Positions 55,701 to 64,000 of a stretch of 64,000 bases of DNA are shown here, in pieces. Position numbers and translations under genes: made by a program. The stretch spans positions 7,629 to 71,628 of the forward strand of contig JAHDND010000170.1 of assembly GCA_018435665.1 (NCBI GenBank), in the 5' to 3' direction. The DNA comes from Candidatus Thiosymbion sp. Lineage in GTDB: Bacteria > Pseudomonadota > Gammaproteobacteria > Chromatiales > Chromatiaceae. How positions within the stretch are numbered: the stretch's first letter is position 1; each line of letters starts with the position of its first letter. The notes beneath the pieces are model-generated. The model was given only the letters and a program-made list of their open reading frames with translations, made no database searches and was not told the DNA's origin.

Positions 55701-57152
55701 TTAAGGCCGCCAGAAGGCCGGGGCCAGCAGCACCAGCAGGGTGAAGACCTCCAGGCGGCCCAGGAGCATGGCGAAGCAGAGGATCCACTTGGCGGTGGGG
55801 TTCAGGCTGGCGAAGCTGGCCCCCACCTCGCCCAGTCCCGGCCCCAGGTTGTTGATGGCGGCGGCGACGGCGGTGAAGGCCGTGGTCAGGTCCAGTCCGG
55901 TGGCGGCCAGGGCCAGGTACATGAGGGTGAAGCAGGCGACATAGAGGGAGAAGAAGCCCCAGACGGCGTCCACCACCCGGTGATTGACCGTGCGCCCCCC
56001 GACCCGCACCGGGATTTGGGCGTTGGGGTGGATCAGGCGGTCGATCTCCCGCAGGCCCTGCTTGATGAGCAGTAGGAAGCGGATGACCTTGATCCCCCCG
56101 CCGGTGCTGCCGGCGCAGCCGCCGACAAAGCTGCTGAAGATCAGCAGGATGCCGAGGAAGATCGGCCATTCGTAAAAGGAGGCGGTGCTGAAGCCGGTGG
56201 TGGTGGCGACGGAGACGGTGTGGAAGAGGCCCTGCAGGAACGCCTCGCTCCAGTCGGCATAGGTGCCGGTGAGATAGAGGCCGAGACAGACGATGGCGGT
56301 GATGGTGGCCATCAGGGCCAGGTAGAAACGAAACTCGCTGTCATGCCAATAGCCCCTCAGGCTGAGGCGATTCCAGGCCAGAAAGTGCAGGGCGAAGTTG
56401 ACTCCGGAGATGAGCATGAAGACCACGGCGATCAGCTCGATCGGATCGCTGTTGAAATAGCCGATGCTGGCGTCGTGGGTCGAGAAGCCACCGATGGCCA
56501 CGGTGGCGAAGGAATGGCCGATGGCGTCGAAGGGGGTCATGCCCGCCAGCCAGTAGGCCAGGGCGCAGGCGACGGTCAGCCCCAGATAGATGTACCACAG
56601 GGCCTTGGCGGTCTCGGTGATGCGCGGGGTCAGCTTGTTGTCCTTGATCGGCCCCGGGGTCTCCGCCCGGTAGAGCTGCATGCCGCCGATACCCAGGATG
56701 GGCAGGATGGCGACCGCCAGGACGATGATGCCCATGCCGCCCAGCCACTGGAGTTGCTGGCGATAGTAGAGGATGGCGGGGGGCAGTTCGTCCAGGCCGA
56801 TGATGACCGTGGCGCCGGTGGTGGTGAGCCCGGAGATGGACTCGAAGGCGGCGTCGGTGAGGGAGAGGTGCGGCTCCTCGGTGAGGTAGAAGGGCAGGGC
56901 GCCGGCCAGGCCCAGCACGCCCCAGAACAGGGCCACCACCAGAAAGCCATCCCGCAGCTTGAGCTCCTCGCGGTTGTTCCACACCGGCAACCAGATGAAG
57001 GTGCCCAGACCCAGGAGCAGGACCAGGGCGGTGAGGAAGGCCTGGGCCGTGCCGTCCGCGTAGAAGTAGGAGACCCCCACCGGGGGCAGCATGGTCAGGC
57101 TGAAGAGCATCAGCAACAGCCCCAGCACCTTCTGGACGGCGGTGGGCCTCAT
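55701..57152 (-). CDS. trkH: Trk-system potassium uptake membrane protein
   Basis: About 483 aa from the ATG at 57152 (MRPTAVQKVLGLLLMLFSLTM). Multi-TM with repeated selectivity-filter-like GLTTTG / TTTGF segments. The ORF could extend to 57173. Confidence 0.9.
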   Translation of the reverse strand: MRPTAVQKVLGLLLMLFSLTMLPPVGVSYFYADGTAQAFLTALVLLLGLGTFIWLPVWNNREELKLRDGFLVVALFWGVLGLAGALPFYLTEEPHLSLTDAAFESISGLTTTGATVIIGLDELPPAILYYRQQLQWLGGMGIIVLAVAILPILGIGGMQLYRAETPGPIKDNKLTPRITETAKALWYIYLGLTVACALAYWLAGMTPFDAIGHSFATVAIGGFSTHDASIGYFNSDPIELIAVVFMLISGVNFALHFLAWNRLSLRGYWHDSEFRFYLALMATITAIVCLGLYLTGTYADWSEAFLQGLFHTVSVATTTGFSTASFYEWPIFLGILLIFSSFVGGCAGSTGGGIKVIRFLLLIKQGLREIDRLIHPNAQIPVRVGGRTVNHRVVDAVWGFFSLYVACFTLMYLALAATGLDLTTAFTAVAAAINNLGPGLGEVGASFASLNPTAKWILCFAMLLGRLEVFTLLVLLAPAFWRP

Positions 57153-57234
57153 GTCGGCAGCCCCCACCGCCACCCGCGGCGCGGCCGCCGTCCGCCGGGG
57201 ACCGGGTGGCCCCGGGGTGACGGGAACCCGGCCA

Positions 57235-58608
57235 TCACAGGAAGGTCACCGGGACCTGGAAGAGCTTCTCCACCTCCGCCACCCAGCGTTTGTCCTGGAG
57301 GAAGAGGATGACGTGGTCCTCGGCGGCGATGACCGTGTCGTGGTGGGCCATGAGGACCTCCTCGCCGCGGACGATGGCGCCGATGGTGGTGCCCGGGGGC
57401 AGCTTGATCTTCTCGACGGGGCGGCCGACCACCTTGCTCAGGCGGCTGTCGCCGTGGGCGATGGCCTCGATGGCCTCGGCGACCCCGCGCCGCAGGGAGT
57501 GCACCGCCACCACGTCCCCTCGGCGCACGTGTTTCAGCAGGCTGCCGATCGTGGCCTGCTGGGGGGAGATGACCACGTCGATGCCGCCGCTCTGCATCAG
57601 CTCCACGTAAGCCGGGCGGTTGATCAGGGCCATGACCTTGCGCGCCCCCAGGCGCTTGGCGAGCATGGCGGAGAGGATGTTGTCCTCGTCGTCGTTGGTC
57701 ACGGCGCAGAAGACGTCGGTGTCCTCGATATTCTCCTCCCGCAGCAGGTTCTCGTCGGCGGCGTCGCCGTGGAGAACGATGGTCCGCTCCAGGGTCTCGG
57801 CGATCTGCTTGCTGCGGTTGAGGTCGCGCTCGATGAGCTTGACCCGGAAGTCGTTCTCCGTGGCCCGGGCCAGGCGGGTGCCAATATTGCCGCCCCCGGC
57901 GAAGATCAGGCGCTTGTAGGGATTCTCCAGCCGCTGCAACTCGCCCATGACCGCGGTGATGTGGTTGGGGGCGGCGATGAAGAAGACCTCGTCGTTGGCC
58001 TCGATGACGGTGTCACCGCTGGGCTCGATGGCCCGGTCCTGGCGATAGATGGCCGCGACCCGGGCCTCCACCTTCGGCATGTGATCATAGAGGGTGCGCA
58101 GGGCCTGGCCCACCAGGGGGCCGCCCTCGTAGGCCCGCAACGCCACCAGCCGCACCCGGCCCCCGGCGAAGTCCAGGACCTGGAGGCTGCCGGGGTGTTC
58201 CAGCAGGCGCAGGATGTACTGGGTGACGAGCTGTTCCGGGCTGATGCAGACGTTGATCGGCAGGGCCCCGGCGGCGAACAGCTCCGGGTGTTCGAGAAAG
58301 CCGGGGGAGCGCACCCGGGCGATGCGCGTCGGGGTATGAAACAGGGTGTAGGCCACCTGGCAGGCGACCATGTTGGTCTCGTCGCTGTTGGTGACCGCCA
58401 GGATGATGTGGGCGTCCTCCGCCCCGGCCCGTTGCAGGACGTCGGGGTGGGCGCCGTGGCCGTGTACGGTGCGCAGGTCGAAGCGGTCCTGGAGTTCCCG
58501 CAGCAGGGCGGGGTTCTGATCGACGACGGTGATGTCGTTGGCCTCTCCGGAGAGATTGGCGGCCACGGACCGGCCCACCTGACCAGCGCCGAGGATGATG
58601 ATCTTCAT
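57235..58608 (-). CDS. trkA: Trk-system NAD-binding peripheral protein
   Basis: 457 aa from the ATG at 58608. Contains [12 protein letters not shown] plus a second Rossmann repeat, [10 protein letters not shown]. Confidence 0.95.
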   Translation of the reverse strand: MKIIILGAGQVGRSVAANLSGEANDITVVDQNPALLRELQDRFDLRTVHGHGAHPDVLQRAGAEDAHIILAVTNSDETNMVACQVAYTLFHTPTRIARVRSPGFLEHPELFAAGALPINVCISPEQLVTQYILRLLEHPGSLQVLDFAGGRVRLVALRAYEGGPLVGQALRTLYDHMPKVEARVAAIYRQDRAIEPSGDTVIEANDEVFFIAAPNHITAVMGELQRLENPYKRLIFAGGGNIGTRLARATENDFRVKLIERDLNRSKQIAETLERTIVLHGDAADENLLREENIEDTDVFCAVTNDDEDNILSAMLAKRLGARKVMALINRPAYVELMQSGGIDVVISPQQATIGSLLKHVRRGDVVAVHSLRRGVAEAIEAIAHGDSRLSKVVGRPVEKIKLPPGTTIGAIVRGEEVLMAHHDTVIAAEDHVILFLQDKRWVAEVEKLFQVPVTFL

Positions 58609-58609
58609 G

Positions 58610-59977
58610 TCAGCGCCGTTCCTTGATCTCGATCCCCAGGGAACGCAGCTTGCGATAGAGGTGGGTGCGCTCCATGCCGGCCTCCTTGGCCATCTTGCTG
58701 ACGTTGCCGCCGTGCTTCTCCAGCTGATACTCCAGATAGGTCTTCTCGAACTGTTCCCGGGCCTCGCGCAGCGGCTGGTCAAAGGACATGAGGCCCTCCA
58801 GATTCGGCGCCGGGGTGGTGGTGGCGGCCCCCAGGGTGGACTCGACCTCGTCCTGGGAGACCTCGTCGCCAGCGCCCAGGATCAGCACCCGCTGCACCAG
58901 GTTCTTGAGCTCGCGCACGTTGCCCGGCCAGGGGTAGTTGCGCATGTAGTTCTGGGCGCCAACGCTGAAGCGCCGGTAGGGCAACTTTTCGTGGGTGGCG
59001 AAATAGTCGACGTAGTAGTTGAGCAGCTCCGGGATGTCCTCGTTATGGTCGCGCAGGGCCGGGACATGGAGGGGCACCACGTTGAGGTGGTAGAAGAGGT
59101 CTTCGCGGAAGCGCCCGGCGCGCACCTCCTCCTCCAGGTTGTGCTGGGTGGCGGCGATGAGGCGCACGTCGATGGTCACCGGTTCGGTACCGCCCACGCG
59201 CAGGAAGGAGCCGGTGTCCAGGGCGCCGAGGAGCTGGGCCTGGACGCTGAGGTCCATGTCCCCGACCTCGTCGAGAAGCAGGGTACCGCCGGCGGCCTGT
59301 TCCAGACCGCCGTAGTGGACATGGCCGTCCTGCTCGCTGCCGAACAGCTCTCGGGCGGCATTGACGCGGGCGATGCCAGAGACCCCCAGGTCGATGAAGG
59401 GCCGTTCCCGGCGGGCGCTCTGGGAGTGGAGAAAGCGGGCGAAGGTCTCGCGGCCGCTGCCGGCCTCCCCGGTGATGAGCACCCAGGTGTCGTACTGGGC
59501 GATGCGCTTGACCTGCTCCCGCAGGCGTTGCATCGCCGAGCTCCGGCCGACGGGTTCGTGGACCAGGGCGCTGCGCCGCTTGAGGCCGATGTTTTCCCGC
59601 GCCAGCTTGTCCGCCTCCAGGGCCCGCTCCGTGGTCAGCAGCAGCTTGGCCATGGACAGGGGCTTCTCCAGGAAGTCATAGGCCCCGAGGCGGGTGGCCT
59701 CCACCGCCGTCTCCACCGTGCCATGGCCGGACATCATGATCACCGGGCAGGGCAGGCCATCATCCTCGGCCCACTCCTTGAGCAGGCTGATGCCGTCCAG
59801 GTCGGGCATCCAGATATCCAGCAAGATGAGGTCCGGTCGCCGTTCGCGCAGGGCGCGCCGGGCGGTGGCGCCGTTTTCGGCGGTGGCGACGCCATAGCCC
59901 TCGTCCTCCAGGATCTCCTGCACCAGGGCGCGGATGTCGGGCTCGTCGTCGACCACCAGGATGTAGGCTGCGCTCAT
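58610..59977 (-). CDS. ntrX: NtrX-type response regulator (receiver, AAA+, HTH)
   Basis: 455 aa. Contains [19 protein letters not shown] (Walker A) and LLLDEV. The C-terminal Fis-type HTH reads [21 protein letters not shown]. Confidence 0.9.
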   Translation of the reverse strand: MSAAYILVVDDEPDIRALVQEILEDEGYGVATAENGATARRALRERRPDLILLDIWMPDLDGISLLKEWAEDDGLPCPVIMMSGHGTVETAVEATRLGAYDFLEKPLSMAKLLLTTERALEADKLARENIGLKRRSALVHEPVGRSSAMQRLREQVKRIAQYDTWVLITGEAGSGRETFARFLHSQSARRERPFIDLGVSGIARVNAARELFGSEQDGHVHYGGLEQAAGGTLLLDEVGDMDLSVQAQLLGALDTGSFLRVGGTEPVTIDVRLIAATQHNLEEEVRAGRFREDLFYHLNVVPLHVPALRDHNEDIPELLNYYVDYFATHEKLPYRRFSVGAQNYMRNYPWPGNVRELKNLVQRVLILGAGDEVSQDEVESTLGAATTTPAPNLEGLMSFDQPLREAREQFEKTYLEYQLEKHGGNVSKMAKEAGMERTHLYRKLRSLGIEIKERR

Positions 59978-62376
59978 GCTCGTTCTCGCTCGGACTGGGC
60001 ACCGGTCGCCCCGGCCGGGGTAGCGGCGGCCGTCGGTGCGGTTGGGGTCGGGGTGGTCTGGGCCCGGGGGATGACCGCTTCCGGGTCATCCCGTGGCCGG
60101 GTCCGCGGGGGACCGGACGTTGGGGTGCCGTTGGTGGCGGGCGCCACTGGTCGGGGCGTCTCGCGGGGCACCGCCGCCGGGCGAGGCGTCTCGCGGGGCG
60201 CCTCCCGGGGTGAATTAGGGCCCTCATCCCGCCAGAGGGGCAGGCGGGCCGAGAGGCGGGCCCCCGTCTCGATGTTCTCCGCCCAGATGATGCCGCCGTG
60301 TTCCTCGATGATCTTCTTGACGATGGCCAGCCCCAGGCCCGTGCCCTTGGTCTTGGTGGTGACGTAGGGCTCGAAGAGGTTGTCGAGGAGCTCCGGGGCG
60401 ATGCCGCCGCCGTTGTCCTCCACCGCCAGTTCCAGCAAGGGCCGCTCCGGGTCCACCAACCGCCGGGTGGCCACGCGAACCTGGGGCTGGGGCTTGTCCT
60501 CCACCGCCTCCAGGGCATTCTTGACCAGGTTGTGCATGACCTGGCGCAGGCGCAGCGGGTCGCCCTTGATCAGGGCCTCGCCGGTTTTCAGGTCGGTCGC
60601 CACGGCGGGCACGGCCTTGTAGAGCTCCATGACCTCGGCCACCAGCCGGTCGAGGCGCACCGGCTCGGGCTCCATTTTCGGCGATCGGGCATAGTTGGAG
60701 AAGTCGTTGACCATGGCCTTCATGGCCTCGACCTGCTGGACGATGGTGTGGGTGGCGCGGTCCACCACCCGGGCCTCCCCCTCCGGCAGCTTGGCCAGCA
60801 GCTTGTGGCGCAGGCGTTCCGCGGAGAGCTGGATGGGGGTCAGCGGGTTCTTGATTTCATGGGCCAGGCGCCGGGCCACCTCGCCCCAGGCGGCGTCTCG
60901 CTGGGCGGTGATGAGGCGGGTGATGTCGTCGAAGACCACGACGTGGCCCTGCTCCGCGTCATTGGGCTGGATCAGGGGGCTGCCGCGGCAGAGGAGCACC
61001 TGGCGGCCCTCCGCGCCGAACAGGCTGACCTCCTGGCGCCATTCGGCATGGCCCTCCAGGTGGCTGCGCACCGCCTCCACCCAGGCGAGGATGTTGGGAT
61101 GGTGGCTGATCAGGGCGTCCAGGCCCTCATGGCTCAGGTCAGGCTCGTTCAGGCCCAGGATCTGGCGGGCGGCGGGATTGACGGTGCGCAGGTGGTGGTC
61201 GCCGTCGAGGACGATGACCCCGGAGGACAGTCGCGCCAGCACCGTCTCCAGGTAAAGGCGCTCGGCCTCCACGGCCTGTTGGGAGCGGGCCGCGGCATCC
61301 CGGGCGCGGGCGAGGCGCCGGGTCATGGAGTTGAAGGAGGCGACCAGGAAGCTCAGTTCGTCCTCGTGGCGGGGGAGGGGCAGGCGCAGCTCGTAATCCC
61401 CCTCCGCCACGGCGCGGGTCCCGCGGGCGATGGCCGCCACCGGGGCCACCAGCCGCCGGGCGAGGTGGAAGGCGGCGATCAGGGCGGTGAGGAGGCCGAA
61501 CAGCAGGACCAGGGACAGGCTGAGAGAGAAGCTCCATTTCAGGGACTTGCGCAGGTAGCTCAGCTCCTTGTAGCGGTTGTAGGCCTTCTCCAGGTTGGCG
61601 GTGAGGCCGCTGATGTGCTCCGAGGTGGGAAAGAGGGCCTGCATCACCAGGTTGCGCCCCAGGGGGTCCGCCACCAGCACCCGGATCACCAGTTCCCGGT
61701 TGGCGCCGCTTTCCAGTTCCACCTGATTGCTGCCGGCGCTGGCGCGGCGCAAGAGTTCCCGGTCCGGCAGACTGGGCACCAGTTGGGTCGGGTCCTCGCT
61801 GGAATTGCCCCGCACCTGGCCATTGCCGCTAAAGACGGCAATCTCCAGGGCCCCCGCCTGTTGGCGCAACTGGCCCAGCCGCAGGGCGAGGGCGGTGGCG
61901 GAACTGTCCTCGATCCCGGCTAGCAGTTGTTCGGTATAGCGGATGAGGACGCGCTGATTGAGGTCCAGGGAGGCCTGGTTCAGGGTCAGGGCATCCTCCA
62001 TGGCGCGATCGATCTCGACGTCGAACCAGGAGTCGATGCCGCGCAGCAGGAAGCCGAGAGAGTAGTAATAGACGACGGCTACCGGCAGCAGGGAGACGAC
62101 GCCGAAGAGCAGCACCAGGCGACCGGTGAGCCGGGAGCCGGCGACCTGGTGGCGGTAGTCGCGGAACAGGCGCAGCAGATTGGCCGCCACCATGCCCGCC
62201 AGGGCCACCAGGCCCAGGAGCACCACCGCCAGGAGGGGGACGAAGGCCCGGCTCAGGCTTTCGGAGTTCTGCACCGCCCCGCTCATCAGGTCGAGGGCGA
62301 TGAGCAGGACGGCCAGGAGCAGGATGACCGGGAACAAGCCCGGCTGGCGCCAGCGGGTCAGGGTAGCAGCGGCCAT
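59974..62376 (-). CDS. ntrY: NtrY-type sensor histidine kinase (TM, HAMP, PAS, HisKA, HATPase) with a Pro/Thr-rich C-terminal tail
   Basis: 800 aa. H-box is LAHEIKNPLTPIQL, plus NLVKNALEA and GTGLGLAIV. Its stop overlaps the ntrX start (ATGA). Confidence 0.85.
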   Translation of the reverse strand: MAAATLTRWRQPGLFPVILLLAVLLIALDLMSGAVQNSESLSRAFVPLLAVVLLGLVALAGMVAANLLRLFRDYRHQVAGSRLTGRLVLLFGVVSLLPVAVVYYYSLGFLLRGIDSWFDVEIDRAMEDALTLNQASLDLNQRVLIRYTEQLLAGIEDSSATALALRLGQLRQQAGALEIAVFSGNGQVRGNSSEDPTQLVPSLPDRELLRRASAGSNQVELESGANRELVIRVLVADPLGRNLVMQALFPTSEHISGLTANLEKAYNRYKELSYLRKSLKWSFSLSLSLVLLFGLLTALIAAFHLARRLVAPVAAIARGTRAVAEGDYELRLPLPRHEDELSFLVASFNSMTRRLARARDAAARSQQAVEAERLYLETVLARLSSGVIVLDGDHHLRTVNPAARQILGLNEPDLSHEGLDALISHHPNILAWVEAVRSHLEGHAEWRQEVSLFGAEGRQVLLCRGSPLIQPNDAEQGHVVVFDDITRLITAQRDAAWGEVARRLAHEIKNPLTPIQLSAERLRHKLLAKLPEGEARVVDRATHTIVQQVEAMKAMVNDFSNYARSPKMEPEPVRLDRLVAEVMELYKAVPAVATDLKTGEALIKGDPLRLRQVMHNLVKNALEAVEDKPQPQVRVATRRLVDPERPLLELAVEDNGGGIAPELLDNLFEPYVTTKTKGTGLGLAIVKKIIEEHGGIIWAENIETGARLSARLPLWRDEGPNSPREAPRETPRPAAVPRETPRPVAPATNGTPTSGPPRTRPRDDPEAVIPRAQTTPTPTAPTAAATPAGATGAQSERERA

Positions 62377-62957
62377 GTGGTCCAGCCCGAGGACAGCTTC
62401 CAGGAGGGCAGCAGGTAAGCCAGGGGGCGCAGCGGCAGGGGCAGTTCCTCGATGTCGAGGGAGATCTTGAGATCGATCTCGTACCGGGCCTCCGCCACCA
62501 GTTCCCTCTGGCTGAGCAGGGGCAGATTCCGCAGGTCCCCCAGGGCGGCCAGGGCGGCGTCCCGGGTGACGTAGCGTTGGCCGGCGCCCGGGACGGGTCC
62601 CACCAGGAAGCGCTCCGCCAGGGGCTGGTAGCGGATCTCGTAACGCAGGCGACGATCCACCAGGCTGGCGTCCCAGATCCAGTCGTCGACCTGGCGGACC
62701 TGATAATAGACCTCGATCGTGAGGGGGACCCCGTTATCCAGGGCCTCCAGGGCCCGGGGGCTCAATTCCGGGGCGAAGCGGACGTCCATCAGCCACAGGT
62801 CATCCTGGGCGCGGACCGTGACCTCCTCGATCGGGAAGGCCGGACGGGCCGCCACGAGGCCGGGCAGCAGGAACAGGAGCAGGCCCAGCCAGTGGAGGGG
62901 CCGGACCGGGAGCGCGGGCGTCATGCCCGTATCTGGGGGGCTGGGTGGGTGATTCAT
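62358..62957 (-). CDS. DUF4390-like periplasmic protein
   Basis: 199 aa from the ATG at 62957 (ATGA overlap with the rsmB stop). Has a hydrophobic signal segment. It occupies the conserved position between rsmB and ntrY. Confidence 0.65.
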   Translation of the reverse strand: MNHPPSPPDTGMTPALPVRPLHWLGLLLFLLPGLVAARPAFPIEEVTVRAQDDLWLMDVRFAPELSPRALEALDNGVPLTIEVYYQVRQVDDWIWDASLVDRRLRYEIRYQPLAERFLVGPVPGAGQRYVTRDAALAALGDLRNLPLLSQRELVAEARYEIDLKISLDIEELPLPLRPLAYLLPSWKLSSGWTTWPLLP

Positions 62958-64000
62958 GTGGCCTCCTTGCGCAAGCGGGCATAGTAGAAGCCGTCGCCCC
63001 CCGCGAGGCTCGGCAGGACCTGGCGGCCACGGTTGCGGGGCTGACCCCAGTCCGCCTGGATGGGGTCTTCGACGGCATCCCGGTGGCGGGAGAGGAAGGC
63101 GCGGACCTGCTCCTCGTTCTCGGCCGCCAGTAGGGAGCAGGTGACATAGAGCAGGGTGCCCCCCGGGGCCAGGAGGGGCCAGAGGGCCTCCAGCAGCCGC
63201 TCCTGCCGGGCGGCGAGGGCCTCGATGTCCGTGGGGCGGCGCAGCCACTTGATGTCCGGATGGCGGCGGATGACCCCGGTCGCGGAGCAGGGCGCGTCGA
63301 GGAGGATACGGTCGAAGGGGGTCTTGATCCCTACAAGCCAGTCTTCCGGCGGCCCGGCGACGTCCCCCGCCGCGACCCAGTCGTCCGGTGGTGCGGCGGC
63401 GTCACCCGCCACGACCCGGGCCTGGAGGCCGAGCCGCCGCAGGTTGGCGGTCACCTGTTGCAGGCGTCCGGGGTCGAGGTCGAGGGCGGTGAGGTCGAGC
63501 CGGCCGTCGGCCAGTTCCAGCAGGTGCGCCGTCTTGCCCCCTGGGGCGGCGCAGGCGTCCAGGACTCGCTCGCCGGGCTGGACCTCCAGTAGGGGCGCCG
63601 CCAGTTGGGCGTGGAGGTCCTGGATGGACACCAGGCCCTCCGCATAACCGGGGAGGCGCGCCATGGGCAGGGATGGGTCCAGGCGCAGGGCGGCGGGGGC
63701 ATGGGCCGGGGCGTCCGGGAGGGCGGCGGGCTCGGCGACCAGGGCCGGGGTCGGCATAACCCCGGCGGCGACCAGCCGGGCGCGGTAGGCGTCCCGCGCC
63801 AGGGCCAGGCGATTGACCCGGAGCCACTGGGGGGGCTGGGCGTTACTGGCGGCGACGATCGCTTCCCAGTCCTCCGGCCAGTCCTGACGCAGGCCTTCCA
63901 GCAGCCAGCGGGGAAACAGCCAGCGGGCCTCTTCGTCCCGCTCCGCCACCGCCAGGAGGGCGGCGCGCTCGCGCTGGAAACGGCGCAACAGGGCGTTGAC
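62954..64000 (-). CDS. rsmB: 16S rRNA m5C967 methyltransferase RsmB, C-terminal part; the 5' end lies right of the window
   Basis: Contains DACAAPGGKT and FDRILLDAPCSATGVIRRHPDIKW. The frame stays open to base 64000. Confidence 0.9.
   Translation of the reverse strand, partial: VNALLRRFQRERAALLAVAERDEEARWLFPRWLLEGLRQDWPEDWEAIVAASNAQPPQWLRVNRLALARDAYRARLVAAGVMPTPALVAEPAALPDAPAHAPAALRLDPSLPMARLPGYAEGLVSIQDLHAQLAAPLLEVQPGERVLDACAAPGGKTAHLLELADGRLDLTALDLDPGRLQQVTANLRRLGLQARVVAGDAAAPPDDWVAAGDVAGPPEDWLVGIKTPFDRILLDAPCSATGVIRRHPDIKWLRRPTDIEALAARQERLLEALWPLLAPGGTLLYVTCSLLAAENEEQVRAFLSRHRDAVEDPIQADWGQPRNRGRQVLPSLAGGDGFYYARLRKEAT

Noticed and set aside
58609-58782. N-terminal 58-residue extension of the trkA ORF.
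   Set aside because: It overlaps the 3' end of ntrX out of frame. The canonical [12 protein letters not shown] start is at 58608.
62958-63248. N-terminal 97-residue extension of the DUF4390-like ORF.
   Set aside because: It lies entirely inside rsmB in another frame and is Pro/Gly/Arg-rich. The ATG at 62957 forms a typical ATGA overlap with the rsmB stop.

Overview
This window looks like core chromosome of a visibly GC-rich, sulfur-oxidising proteobacterium (gamma- or betaproteobacterial gene order). All calls come from reading the supplied ORF translations and the DNA by eye. No database search was run.

Gene order, left to right:
- 3' end of iscR, then iscS-iscU-iscA-hscB-hscA-fdx-iscX
- a single-domain rhodanese (minus strand) and an LpxL/HtrB-type lipid A acyltransferase
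- a first soxZ-soxY pair (minus strand)
- a BepA-like M48/TPR protease
- a two-gene module of a MoxR-type AAA+ ATPase and a DUF2201-type VWA/metallopeptidase-like protein
- a 65-aa orphan ORF, an isocitrate-lyase/PEP-mutase family protein, and hemE
- a PAS-like/zinc-ribbon orphan, divergent from a soxY-soxZ-soxA-soxX-soxB cluster that ends with a tandem-thioredoxin gene
- a periplasmic solute-binding-domain (TtrS-like) histidine kinase, a FixJ/LuxR-type response regulator, and a stop/start-overlapped PlpD-like patatin/Omp85 protein
- single-chain pyruvate carboxylase, a sulfatase-family membrane protein, DUF455, lpxH, ppiB, ppiA, cysS and folD
- a tRNA cluster (Pro-Arg-His-Lys), a decayed lower-GC islet with an integrase remnant next to tRNA-Arg(ACG)
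- a CoA-binding protein, a NUDIX protein, ispG, a hypothetical, two-domain PPK2, a YciA-like thioesterase and ampG
- sdhCDAB, gltX, and trkH-trkA-ntrX-ntrY-DUF4390-rsmB (minus strand, rsmB truncated by the window edge)

No rRNA, CRISPR array or intact transposase was seen.

Non-genic structure worth attention:
- a family of about 100-bp palindromic MITE/REP-like elements, sitting in the gaps between convergent genes
- a helically phased GGATTG array in the ppiA/cysS divergent region
- several lineage-specific low-complexity insertions in otherwise conserved proteins

The best candidates for something new are the sox-linked sensor kinase/regulator/PlpD unit, the unusual Sox accessories (extended SoxX, tandem thioredoxin, second SoxYZ pair, PAS/Zn-ribbon orphan) and the MoxR/VWA-metallopeptidase-like pair.
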